Notes: generated from the letters alone by a model not told the origin. DNA of 63,862 nucleotides, filler included, from Octopus bimaculoides (GCF_001194135.2; 3 parts of 3 records of this genome joined end to end with filler, not necessarily neighbours in it); one strand, 5' to 3'. Numbered from the whole stretch's first letter, positions 26,863 to 38,402 are shown. Numbers and translations: made by a program.

Positions 26863-26926
26863 CTGTAAATGAAATTAAATATTATCAAATAATTTTCAGT
26901 ACTGTCAGGAAATACTTGGCACTTCT

Positions 26927-26990
26927 TTCAATGAAATAAACAAATTTATTTGATTATTATTCAATGAAATAAACAAATTTATTTATTATT
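26927..26990. repeat. 33-bp tandem duplication in the last NBN intron
   Basis: ttcaatgaaataaacaaatttattt repeated at a 33-nt period. Confidence 0.9.
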
Positions 26991-27276
26991 ATTATTATAT
27001 GAGTCTTCAGTATTCTTATTTATTTAATTATTATCCTTAAAATCTTATTTGATTTTAAGAAGCAACAACCTCAAAAAAAATTACCTTTAGATGAAAATTA
27101 ACAGCAACAGCCTATATACTGACAAAGATATTCTGGTTTCCTCTTGTCTTTTATGTCACTGATGTGTTACTGTAGACTAAGACAGAGACACTTGTTTACA
27201 ACTATTGTTTGATGTAAACACAAGGAACTACACCCACCACACAAAACATACAGAGGCATTCTCACTCACTCACTCA

Positions 27277-27338
<62 letters not shown>

Positions 27339-27437
27339 NNNNNNNNNNNNNNNNNNNNNNNNNNNNNNNNNNNNNNNNNNNNNNNNNNNNNNNNNNNNNN
27401 NNNNNNNNNNNNNNNNNNNNNNNNNNNNNNNNNNNNN

Positions 27438-27471
<34 letters not shown>

Positions 27472-27972
27472 AAGAAAAAGGAGGCAGTCAGAATTTTGGA
27501 TAATTGTTTATTAGCGCTTTCAACTCTTCAGATATCTGAACTAATTGACTTTGGTTTGGTTAATTATTCAGTCTATCAATCGATCAGCTAGGGTTCACTG
27601 TCATTCACAACCTCATCATTGGACTCTAACAAACCTAGCTGATTGACTGATTGACCGAATGGTTAATCAAACAATTGGTTAGTTAATTGGTTAAATAGTT
27701 AACCAATTGCCTAACAATAATAAAAGAAGTGAAACAGAACCAGTACATGTGTTTATTATTGGCATAATGACCCTCCTAAATTCACAGCAAGAATCTTGCA
27801 AACCAAATAGCAAAACAAAATTTTGTAATGTTAAACTAAAAGTTACATGAAACCCAGTAATGCACCAAACTGCAGTCAACATTCACAGTTTATATACTGC
27901 AAGATGGAGACACTGTAAATGATTAATACAATACACTTTAAAAAGGAAATAACAAATGTTGCAGTTACTTAC

Positions 27973-28022
27973 TTGAAAAGTTTTTCAATTTTTCTGATTT
28001 CTTCATTCTCCTGACTCTCTTT
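27973..28022 (-). CDS. NBN: NBN exon 16 (KESQENEEIRKIEKLF)
   Basis: cattgcag acceptor, AA|gtaagt donor, 50 nt, phase 0 to 2. Confidence 0.9.
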
Positions 28023-28190
28023 CTGCAATGATTTTTTTTTATGAGTCTTCAGTAAATTACGATGGGTATTAATAATATCAATCTTAATCTCTAAAAGTAT
28101 TACAATAAAGCTATATTTAGTTTATTTTCTAAACAAAGGAGAAAAGATCAGACAAATCTAATGTAGTCTGTCCATCCCCATCTCATAGAT

Positions 28191-28566
28191 CAGCAGTTCT
28201 CAACCACTTTTTATCTATGGATCCCTTTTGATTATTGCTTTATTCTAGCAGAAACCAGAGCCATTCGATGCTTAAAAATTAGTTTTATAGATACTTCTTT
28301 CAAAAATTCCTATTTTTGTTTTTCACTCATTCACTTGTATAGATTTGCAAGAGTACTCTCTCAGAGAACATGTTTCAGTGGCTGGAAACAAACATGTTGA
28401 ACTATGTAAAACATTAGAGAAAGAAACTTAGCTGTTTCTTACAATAAGTATATCTAAAGCAAAATCTTTTCATGGACCTTTAAACTACTACTGTGAATCC
28501 CCAATTTACAATTTTGCTTGTGTGGACCCCTAAAAATCTTATATAGACCCCAGTTGAGAACCACTG
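28191..28566. mobile_element. Non-autonomous hAT MITE (376 bp)
   Basis: TIRs CAGCAGTTCTCAAC and GTTGAGAACCACTG; decayed TSD TCATAGAT/TCTTAGGT. Confidence 0.85.
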
Positions 28567-28869
28567 TCTTAGGTTAAAATTCTTGGTTTAATTATGGCCA
28601 ATCAAAAATATAAATCATTTGAGTAGATGTATATTCATTCTCATCAATGCCATCATTGTTTTAACATCCACTTTCAATCCTTCCATGAGTCAGACAGAAT
28701 TCACTGATGCAGATTTTCTATGGCCCGATGCCTCTTCCCTCACCTGTTTCCAAGTGAAATAATTTCTTCATGGCCTGACATGTTTTCAAAGACGATTGGA
28801 AAGAAATAACATCGCTTGTGTGACAGTGACACTCACAATTATCATGCAATGTCAAGACAAGGAGGGACG

Positions 28870-29042
28870 AGGACATACACACACATACAACAGGCTTCTT
28901 CCAGTTCCCATCTACTAAATCCACTCACAAGGTTTTGGTTGGCCTGAGGCTACAGAAGATACTTGCCCATGGTGATATGCATTGGGATTGAACTTGCAGC
29001 CATATGGTTAGGAAGTAAACTTTTTAACCACACAGCCACCCC
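28870..29042 (-). mobile_element. SINE family B head
   Basis: aaatccactcacaagg..ttaaccacacagcc. Confidence 0.78.
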
Positions 29043-29633
29043 ATATATAGCAGTAGTAGATACTGGAACATACAAAGTTTTAGATTCCCTCATTTAGTGT
29101 ATATATACATGTCTAGTATACAGGCACGTTGTCTGTTGTTGATTAAGGGTACCTTGAATTTCTCTCCCTCATTGATCACCAGTCACCTTTTTCATAAAGC
29201 CAGATCTACTCAAGAACTGTTTACTTATGTCACTTACCAAAAGGTGCTTGGAAAAATTTGGTGATAACAATGTATTGACTACGTAAGTTAACAAATACTC
29301 TATCACTCATGAAGTGAGTCCACTATTTCAAGTGGTGACTTGTATTTCCCAACAATCCATATTTCAGGCTAAATGGATTGGACCAGCAAGAATTAGAGGT
29401 CTTGTTCATAACAGACTTTTATGGCACTCAGACTATAAAAAGTAATTTGTATATTGGTATAAGACCTGTTGCTTAGTAGTTTAAACACTCAACTAAACTC
29501 CTCCACCTCTATTTATTAATAATTGAAGTAAAAAAAAATTGAAGAGAAAATTATTAAAATATATAAAATGGTTCACATTTATGAAGAAAATAAATTAAAG
29601 AGAGAAAACAGTTCATTATAGAAAATGTTTTAC

Positions 29634-29747
29634 CACACTGGCTTCTTTGAACCATTCATCTAAATCTTTGCTTATAGTTGGGTTGTGAACAGCCAGGTCA
29701 CTGCCGCCAATGACTTTTGGTAAGGAGCAAGCACCACTGTTAGAATT
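29634..29747 (-). CDS. NBN: NBN exon 15 (NSNSGACSLPKVIGGSDLAVHNPTISKDLDEWFKEASV)
   Basis: ctctttcag acceptor, GTG|gtaaaa donor, 114 nt; LP.(I/V)IGGSDL...L.EW motif of NBS1. Confidence 0.95.
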
Positions 29748-29889
29748 CTGAAAGAGATTAAATAATGGATTAGAAGATCAGAACACCGAGAAGATTGTTG
29801 TTGCTTGTGCTACTGCTGCTGCTAAAATAACTACAACCAAAATCCATGTGGTTAAGAATTTTGCTTCACAACCACATGGTTTCGGAGCA

Positions 29890-30097
29890 TGCCATGTAAA
29901 AAGCACCAGTGATGGTGCCACATAAAAAGCACCCAGTACATTCTGCAAAGTGGTTGACATTAAGAAAGGCATCTAGCGGTAGAAACCAAGCCAAAACAGA
30001 CTGGAACGTGGTGTGGCACCTGGCTTTGCCAGTTCCTGTCAAACCATCCAACTCATGTCAGCGTGAAAAACAGATGTTAAATAATGATGATGATGGT
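29890..30097 (+). mobile_element. Family D copy (decayed)
   Basis: taaaaagcacc subrepeats..aaccatccaactcatg..(GAT)n. Confidence 0.75.
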
Positions 30098-30809
30098 GGT
30101 AGTGGTAGTCTTGGTGCATGATCTCACGACACAGTGTCTGGGACAAGTGTCTTCTACTTAGTTTCAAGATGACTAGTCTTGTAAATGAAACTGTGCAGAA
30201 GAGTATGGATGATCCTAGTTGGCTAAAGAAATACTAGAAGATCCATGAGGGAGGAAATGGTGGAAGAGGAAAACTGAGGAACCCTTAGTCAGAAATTGTA
30301 AAACAATGATCTCAGGAAGCTAAAACTCACAAAGGGGATGACAAAAGAATGCACATGAGTTGTAAGATGGCGTTTTGGAGAGATCACATCCAATCCAGGC
30401 AAGCATGGGAAAGTGAATATAAAAATGATGATGTTGATGATGATTTCTTTTTTCTCATGAATTTAGTTTTACACCACTGAAAACTTCAGTCACCTGAAAA
30501 ACCTGGTGGCATGAAAAGATGACTTGTGAGGAAAGAAATTCAGTTTAAATATACAAAAATAATTTTACATCTTGTATTCTGCTTCTGTTTACAAACTGTA
30601 ATATTCGAGTGTGTATGTGCATATATACAAATATANNNNNNNNNNNNNNNNNNNNNNNNNNNNNNNNNNNNNNNNNNNNNNNNNNNNNNNNNNNNNNNNN
30701 NNNNNNNNNNNNNNNNNNNNNNNNNNNNNNNNNNNNNNNNNNNNNNNNNTATATATCTGTAATATATGTGACAATTATTTGGGAAACCACACATACATAA
30801 AAAACTCAC

Positions 30810-31010
30810 CTTCCGGAAATTCTTGAAGTTACGCACTAAAGCTCCTTTATAATAGGCAAATCCTTGTGGTGCGTCTTTTGAATTAGTCTTTTCCCGAGGG
30901 GGTGGAGGCTTTGGTTGTCTATGAACAAGGTTTGTAAATGAAATAGCTGCACAAGACTTAGGTAGATCTTCCTCTTTTTTTATTTCTTGTTTTATTTTTA
31001 CCGTTGTATT
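30810..31010 (-). CDS. NBN: NBN exon 14, ends in Mre11-binding motif RNFKNFRK
   Basis: ttattatag acceptor, AAG|gtgagt donor, 201 nt; NFKxFxK motif. Confidence 0.95.
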
Positions 31011-31296
31011 CTATAATAAAATTATAAGCAACAAAATAATAAATAAATACAATAATATACAGACAAATATAATAATATAATGAGATCGATCAATCAAAGT
31101 ACTCAACTGATACTTATAGACCCTGAAAGCTTACCTCAGCAGAGCATATCAAAGACTTAAACAACTGCAGTAGAACATTTATATAAGATACACTAAGACA
31201 AGGAAATTAAAGATAGCTTTGTTTAGATCAGTAGTTCTCAACAGGGGTCCACATGATCCTGGTAGGAGGCTGTAAGATTTTGTCATTAAAATTTAT

Positions 31297-31546
31297 GTGC
31301 AAGACACTTTATTTCACGTTGCTCCAGTTCACTCAGCTGTAGAAACGAGTTGCAGCATCATTGGTGCCAAGCTGTATCAGCCTTTGCCTTTCCCTTGGAT
31401 AACATCGGTGGCATGGAGAAGGGAAGCTGGAATGCATGGGCCACAGCTGGTCTTCCATAAACAACTTTGCCCAGACTTGTGCCTCAGAGGGTAACCTTTT
31501 AGGTGCAATCCCATGGGCATTTATGACCAAAGGGGGTCTTTACCCA
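31297..31546 (+). mobile_element. SINE family C, body type 1, headless, nested in hAT element
   Basis: Starts at gcaagacactttatttcacg; homologous body. Confidence 0.85.
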
Positions 31547-31601
31547 TTACTTCTACAACACAAAATATTTTAACAATCTTTTTTTTTTAAATACAATTCC
31601 T

Positions 31602-31840
31602 TCATCATCATCATCATCATCATCATCATCGTTTAACGTCCGCTTTCCATGCGATTTGGACGATTTGACTGAGGACTGGTGAACCAGATGGCTACACCAG
31701 GCTCCAATCTGATCTGGCAGAGTTTCTACAGCTGGATACCCTTCCTAATGCCAATCACTCCGAGAGTGTAGTGGGTGCTTTTTATGTGCCACCAGCACGA
31801 AGGCCAGTCAGGCGGTACTGGCAACGGCCACGCTCAAAAT
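31602..31840 (-). mobile_element. Family D copy nested in hAT element
   Basis: Nearly identical to 43885-44120. Confidence 0.85.
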
Positions 31841-32785
31841 TCCTAATATTATAATTCCTAATATTATAAAAACATAATAGGGTTTTTTTAAACATCAAAC
31901 AGTCAGAGCCAATCCAAGTGAAACAGGAATGAAGAGGGTCGATAGGAAGAAGTAGTTGAGAACGACTGGTTTAGATTTGTTCTGAAAATTCCAATATTAA
32001 CATAAATTATAGAAATGAATGCAAAGAGTCATTTGAAGGCAAAATGCAGAGACATTCTGATACTGTAACAATTCTGCCATATAACCAATAAATTACTGCA
32101 ATATTTTTACACCATAGATTAACAGAAATAAAGTATATATTTCGACATGTCTCTCATGCCTTATTTCAGGTGAAATGATTTAAACTAATTACAATATCTT
32201 CCACAATGGTAATTAGTTTAGTGAAGTATGGCATTGTTTATGATAACCTTAATACAAGAATCTAAACCATCTTAATTTGAAGTTCTTCTCTTTATTCTGG
32301 CTTATAATTGAGACCATTAACTGGGAGATTTCAGACAGTCAGGAAGTCAGGAGTTTCATTTTATGTCTTGGTCGCTATTTAGTTATATAATTTAAGAGTT
32401 AGTTATAGATTTACTTATTGAATTTATTTACCGATAATATTGTACATAGGGTAAATGTGTTTCTTTGTTGTAGTTTAATTAATAAAGTTAGTGTTTAATC
32501 CTTCCTAGAATTAAGGTTGAATGAATGAAATCTAAGGTATGTTTGTTCCCAACAACACATATTTTAGTGCTGTTGACACCGCCGGATTAAATGGTACTGC
32601 TCAGGTGTCGAAACTATAGTGATATCTGTTGGGCTGCTGATGATGGAGGTATGTTGGATTGTTAGTATGGCTGTTATTGTATGTGCAGAATAGTATTATA
32701 ACACATCCATTTGATATATATATATATATATAACAATGCATGGAACTGGCTGATACGTTCAGACAGTAAATAAAGATAAACTTAC

Positions 32786-32860
32786 CACTGTAGTGAATTT
32801 TGTATTTAGGTAACCAGGTTTGATGTAAACATCTGTGAATTTTGTTGAATTTTCAGTTAT
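32786..32860 (-). CDS. NBN: NBN exon 13 (ITENSTKFTDVYIKPGYLNTKFTTV)
   Basis: tttgctttcag acceptor, GTG|gtaagt donor, 75 nt, phase 0 to 0, open. Confidence 0.75.
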
Positions 32861-33071
32861 CTGAAAGCAAAAAAAAATGATTTTACTATTATATAGCCAG
32901 GGTTTGTAACATAAGTTAATAAAAAGAAGTTCTTGCACACAATCATGATGGAAGGATTTAATTTAGATGAGACATTAAAATGAGTTTGAATCATAGAATC
33001 AGAAATAGTTTCAAGTGGTTTAGGATTAAAAGGCCAAAGAGATTTCAGATCTTCTAAAAAATATTATTTAC

Positions 33072-33558
33072 CTTTCCTTGTTTGTCTTTCAATTGTGAAT
33101 CTTCTGAAAACAAGTCTAAAGTGGAAGGTTTTGAGTGTTTTTTATGTTCATAAGTAGAATCAACTACTTCTTTTTTAATAGAAACAGGCGTCAGTATTTC
33201 GGTACCTGGTGCTGCTTCTGTGCTTTCAGAATCTATAAGAGTATTGCTTAAATTAGATTGTTTCAATTTGTCAGAAGTGGTTTCTGGTACATTCTTTGAA
33301 TTCTGATCTTCATTTTCAGACGAAACATCTTCTGGATCAGAATCTTCAATCACTAAAATAGGTTGAGGTTTAATGAGTGGAGCCTGAGACAAACTGTCTG
33401 GTGCAAGTATTTGTACAGACGGTTCTCTTTTGATAGAACTACCAGGATTTGTGTTATCTGGAACAGATTCTGCAAATAACCGTGTCTTTTTGTTTGATGG
33501 TTCTTTATCATCCACTTTAGCAGAAAAAGGATTTTCTGGTTTATCTGGACTTCGGCTC
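33072..33558 (-). CDS. NBN: NBN exon 12, large disordered region
   Basis: tttttcag acceptor, AAG|gtaaat donor, 487 nt open frame (ORF track 33054-33515), phase 2 to 0. Confidence 0.9.
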
Positions 33559-33779
33559 CTGAAAAAAAGAGAAATACATTTGTAGAAGAAATATTCCTTA
33601 ATATATTTAAAGATGAACAGCTAAATCTTGGAAGGAATGAATGGAAGAGATATGGAACTGCAAGTAATTCAGAATATAAACTGATATAACAGCTAGAGAG
33701 GATTCTTCAGTCCTGCTACAGAAAATCTCTTTAGTACCAGTGATATCCTTAGTCTACACTATGGAAGAGTTGGTGATAG

Positions 33780-33947
33780 AGAAGCTCTCGGAGTGGTTGG
33801 CATTAGGAAGGGAATCCAGCTGTAGAAACTCTGCCAAATCAGATTGGAGCCTGGTGTAGCCATCTGGTTTGCCAGTCCTCAGTCAAATCGTCCAACCCAT
33901 GCTAGCATGGAAGGCAGACATTAAATGATGATGATGATGATGATGAA
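33780..33947 (+). mobile_element. Family D 3' fragment
   Basis: ggaagggaatccagctgtagaaac..(GAT)n. Confidence 0.85.
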
Positions 33948-34014
33948 GTTAGCGAAATATTGCAAAACTTTTGACTCGATAAAAAATAGCTGAAACCAGA
34001 AAAAAAGTATTTAC

Positions 34015-34112
34015 CGTTTATTAGAGACAATTTTACTTTCAGGCGCATCACTGCTGGGAAATGACGATTCTGTTGCTTTGATATTTGTAGAAGGATTTGG
34101 CATTTTTACAGA
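34015..34112 (-). CDS. NBN: NBN exon 11 (SVKMPNPSTNIKATESSFPSSDAPESKIVSNK)
   Basis: gtttctag acceptor, CG|gtaaat donor, 98 nt, phase 0 to 2. Confidence 0.8.
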
Positions 34113-34756
34113 CTAGAAACAAAGACAGAAAAGAAAAACAGAAAAATCTTTTAAAAAATCTGTGTGTTGAACATTTGCCAATGATTAGGCCTTGTTGCAA
34201 AGCATTTCATTTAGAAGTAACAATAAATATATCTTTTATCTTTTACTTGTTTGTCATTGGGCTGTAGCCATGCTGGGGCACTACTTGGAAGGGGTTTGGT
34301 CAAAAAGATCAACACAAATATTCATGTTTTAAAGTCTGGTACTTATTCTGTTGATCACTTTTTTCCAAATTGCTATCTTATGGGGATATAAATAAACCAA
34401 CACCAGTTGTCAACACACACACACACACACACACATATATATGCAATAGGCTTCCATACAGTTTCTGTCCAACAAATTCACTCAGCAGAATTTGAACTCA
34501 AAACACAAAGACAGACAAAATACTGCTAAGCATTTCACCCAGCGTGCTAATGTTTCTGCCAGTTCACCACCTTACACCCTGTGAATATTAAAACCTATTT
34601 CTTTCAAAATATTAGGTTAATAACCTGAATAATTACAACTCTGTTGACAATAATTTATCAACAATTTAATGTATTTATAAATAAAGCTAACATCATAAAG
34701 CATTAAAACAACTAATGGTAATTATGAGAATAGAAATGAGGAAATGTTTCACTTAC

Positions 34757-34787
34757 TTCTTTGGGTATATTTGATTGGTTAAGAAAC
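34757..34787 (-). CDS. NBN: NBN exon 10, 31-nt micro-exon (FLNQSNIPKE)
   Basis: ttaaatag acceptor, GAA|gtaagt donor; supplies the phase 2 to 0 change needed between exons 9 and 11. Confidence 0.75.
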
Positions 34788-34929
34788 CTATTTAAAATAA
34801 AAGAATATTTAAATTTTTGAATTTAAATGTTTTGGAATATCCATGATATTTTAAAATGTCACAGACAGATCAATGAAATACTTAAAGTTTCATTTTGGTC
34901 AATAATCTATGACAGAATTGTACTAATAA

Positions 34930-35127
34930 TGGTTTCAAATTTTGGCACAAGGCCAGCAATTTCAGGGGCGGGAGGAGGTCAATTACATCAATCCCAACAC
35001 TCAGCTGGCACTTATTTTATCGACCCTGAGGGGATGAAAGGCAAAGTTGACTTCAGCGGAATATGAACTCATAACATAAGGACGAACGAAATGTCGATGT
35101 GTTAACGATTCTGCCAGCTCACCACCT
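34930..35127 (-). mobile_element. SINE family A
   Basis: Reverse complement of family A head and body. Confidence 0.85.
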
Positions 35128-35341
35128 TTTTCTTATCTAGACCAGGCAGGACCCCAAAACAATGGGATTCTGGGATCACAATATGTGTCAGAGATGTTGA
35201 AAGTATTCTAATATTGAATTTCATTGATTTTCATCAATATTTGAGAAATTAAGAATAATCTGTATGCAACTATCATCATTTCTCTCTTCAAAATAGATAT
35301 TTTTGAACAGGTTATTAGGAAAAGAAATTTTTTTTTAAATA

Positions 35342-35909
35342 CGAGGGTGAGTCAAAAAGTAATGCCATTTTGTTTAGAACAGGTATAATTACCAGCACAG
35401 GAACATGTATCAAACATCAAAATGAAGCTAGTCCTCTGTGGATCATATCCCTACTTCACAACATAGTCACCGTTTCTCTCAATAGCAATGTTCCACCTTC
35501 GAATGAGAGCATGTATCCCTGTCCCGTAAAATTCTGTTGACTGTTCTTTGAGCCGCTTCTTCACTACAGTTTTCACTTCCTCATCACTGGAATAATTTAG
35601 CGCCTTCAGATTATCATCTCTTCAGCCCCATGAAAGAGAGTTTGAGAGGCAAACATTATTCCAGTGACGAGGAAGTGAAAACTGTTGTGAAGAAGTGGCT
35701 CAAAGAACAGTCAACAGAATTTTACAGGACAGGGATACATGCTCTCATTCAAAAGTGGAACATTGCTATTGAGAGAAATGGTGACTATGTTGAGAAGTAG
35801 GTATGTGATCCACAGAGGACCAGCTTCATTTTGATGCATGATACATGTTCCTGTGTTGGTAATGATACCTGTTCTAAACAAAATGGCATTACTTTTTGAC
35901 TCACCCTCG
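35342..35909. mobile_element. Fold-back mariner derivative: two inverted 255-bp transposase 3' ends with a 58-nt loop
   Basis: TA-flanked; arm 35342-35596 is the reverse complement of 35655-35909 (about 15 mismatches by hand); right arm reads LRGKHYSSDEEVKTVVKKWLKEQSTEFYRTGIHALIQKWNIAIERNGDYVEK-stop. Confidence 0.92.
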
Positions 35910-36046
35910 TAATTAAAAATTCAGTTATAATAATTTTTGAAGTTGAAACTTTTACTTGAGTAATTGTGTTAAGTAAATAAGTTTTCAAAGTACAAAAATA
36001 TCATAAAGTAACAAGAGAACTTGCAAAACCCGTATAAATAATTAAA

Positions 36047-36376
36047 CATTTAACTGGCCCTCCATCAGTTACAACGACGAGGTTTCCAGTTAATCCAATC
36101 AGTGAAACAGTCTGCTCATGAACTTAATGTGCAAGTGGTTGAGCACTTTACAGACATATGTAAACCTAATGTAGTTCTCAGGGAGACTCAGCATGGCACA
36201 CAATGTGACAAGACTGGCCCTTTGAATTACATATACAACTTATTTTTGCCAGCTGAGTGGACTGGAGCAACATGAGATAAAGTGTCTTGCTTAAGGACTC
36301 ATCGTGCCATCAGGTGTCAGACTCATGACTTTATGATCAAGAGCCAAATATGCTAACCACTTAGCCACACATTTTC
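36047..36376 (-). mobile_element. SINE family C, body type 2
   Basis: Same head and central motif, different 3' body shared with 46973-47288. Confidence 0.82.
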
Positions 36377-36459
36377 ATTATAATTGTAAAATACTAGAAA
36401 AAGTATGTAAAATAACTACACAAAAAAAGGTGGCCAGAGGCTGCAAAATTCATACTTAC

Positions 36460-36544
36460 ATTAAAGAATCTTGGGTATGTGTACTAATAGTTTGCTGAGA
36501 ATGAAACTTCACTGTCTGACTTGGAAGTTGGCTGAATGTCTTTG
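36460..36544 (-). CDS. NBN: NBN exon 9 (KTFSQLPSQTVKFHSQQTISTHTQDSL), SQ/TQ cluster
   Basis: ctctttag acceptor, AT|gtaagt donor, 85 nt, phase 1 to 2, open frame. Confidence 0.85.
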
Positions 36545-36927
36545 CTAAAGAGATGAAAAGTCAATGAAAGAAACACTGAAATTTTTTCCATTATAATTCT
36601 CAAGAGCTTCAAAGAAGCTTTAAGCCTTTTGTTATTTAAATTTCTGTTTGAAATACACAATTTTAGTTTTAATTAATTTTGAAAATAATGAAGTATTTAA
36701 TAAAATAACATTATAAAGCTGGTGTTTGGAACATAAATTAGCATGCAATTTTGATGCAATGTTTTAATCTAGATCACTTTAAACAGGAAGTTTGCATCAG
36801 AGAACTGGGACCGTTCTCAGGTGACTTGATATGAAAAGGGTTTTTTTGTAAAAACAGAAAAGAATTAGATAAAGCAGTTAAATTTAGCCATTAGATTCAA
36901 GTAAGAGAAGTAAGAGAGAGAAATGAA

Positions 36928-37290
36928 TATCATTATTATTATCATCATCGTTTAATGTCCGTTTTCCATGCTGGCATGGGTTGGACGGCTTGACTGAGGT
37001 CTGGAAAGCCAGCAGCTGCACCAGGCTCCAACCTGATCTGGCAATGTTTCTACAGCTGGATGCCCTTCCTAACGCCAACCACTCAGAGAATATAGTGGGT
37101 GCTTTTTACATGCCACCAGTACTGGAGCCAGTCAGATGGGCCTGGCATCGATCATGTTTGGATAGTGCTTTTTACATGCCACCAGCATGGGAGCCAGTTA
37201 GAGGGCACTGGCAGCAGCCACATTCAGATGCTGCATTTTATGTGCCACTGGAACAGGAGCCAGTCAGGGGGCACTGGCCACAGCTACGAT
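36928..37290 (-). mobile_element. Family D copy
   Basis: Same consensus, three subrepeats; ends about 45 nt from the exon 8 donor. Confidence 0.85.
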
Positions 37291-37334
37291 TTTGGTTTAA
37301 TGACTAAATAAACTGAAGGTAAAATAAAACTTAC

Positions 37335-37426
37335 CTAAAGCTGCATTAGGATTGCAATACTTCTCAGTATTACAACAGAGAATTGCCTGGCCAATTTCAG
37401 CATCGGTTATCATACGTTTGCTGTGG
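37335..37426 (-). CDS. NBN: NBN exon 8 (HSKRMITDAEIGQAILCCNTEKYCNPNAAL)
   Basis: tttttcag acceptor, AG|gtaagt donor, 92 nt, phase 2 to 1; matches IPEAEIGLAVI..YCDP of NBS1. Confidence 0.95.
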
Positions 37427-38127
37427 CTGAAAAAAATTAATAAAAATCATATTAAAATTATGATCTAATCTAATCAAGTAAGAATACAGTTTTTCATAAT
37501 AAGCACCAGTTGTTTTATTCCATTGTTTTTAGTAAATAATATCTTAATGTTTTTTAATGTTTTTTTTTTGTTGCTTGTTTCTTTTATTGGTTAGTGAGAC
37601 ACAAAGTCTTGTAAGGATTTAACAGTGGATTTTATCTAGCAACTAAACAATAAGTTTGAGTGATATGGCTTAAAAGTAGAGAACTGAAAGTGTATTAATA
37701 AGACATGTATATATGATAAGTGTGATTTAATATGCTAATGAAAGATGGAATGTAAAGACAGAGAGACAACTGAGAATCTCATCATCGTCGTTTAACATCT
37801 ATCTTCAAGCAATTTTCATGGGTTGACCAGATCAACAAGATCCACTGCCTCATACTCCAATGTCTGCTTTTGGCATGTTTCTAAAGCTGGATGCCCTTAC
37901 AGAGTGTACTGGGTGCTTTTTTTTTTCATGGCACCAGTACTAGTGAGGTCACCATGCAATTCATGATACTAATATCCCTCTGGACAAAGGAAAAACAGAA
38001 GTGTCAAAAATGATGCATTAGTTCTCCAAATCTGTTGCCTAATAATCCAATAGCTGGTGTATACTAACATTCACAACATTATTAATAAGTTCTGTGTAAG
38101 TTACTTAGTTGTTGTGTAGTAATAAGT

Positions 38128-38285
38128 ACAAACATGGCTGTATAGTAAGAAGTTTGCTTCCCAACTATATGGTTTTGCAGTCAATCTAACTGTGATACCC
38201 TGAGCAAGTGTCTTTTAATATAGCCTTGGGACAACCAAGGCCTTGTGAGTGGATTTGGTAGATAGAAAGCGGGTGAAGGTCGGTC
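38128..38285 (+). mobile_element. SINE family B head (decayed)
   Basis: catggctgtatagtaagaag..ccttgtgagtggatttggtag. Confidence 0.75.
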
Positions 38286-38402
38286 TCAAGAAGGGCATCC
38301 AACCTCAGGGCATCCAACCTCAGCAAATTTCATCCAACCCATGCTAGCATGGAAAAGTGGATACCAGAACAATGATGATAAAGAGGATGATGAAGATGAT
38401 AC

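Larger units (their letters stand above)
31229..31968. mobile_element. Non-autonomous hAT element with nested retroposon insertions
   Basis: TIRs CAGTAGTTCTCAAC and GTTGAGAACGACTG; perfect 8-bp TSD GTTTAGAT; contains SINE at 31297-31546 and (CAT)n-tailed repeat at 31602-31840. Confidence 0.9.

Noticed and set aside
34021-34045. Alternative exon 11 donor GAAA|GTAAAA at about 34036
   Set aside because: It gives phase 1, incompatible with the phase-2 start of exon 12; the CG|GTAAAT donor at 34015 fits.
36928-37290. CRISPR-like repeat-spacer pattern (also 43990-44240, 49900-50070)
   Set aside because: Eukaryotic context, degenerate units with related spacers, part of a dispersed retroposon, and no cas genes.
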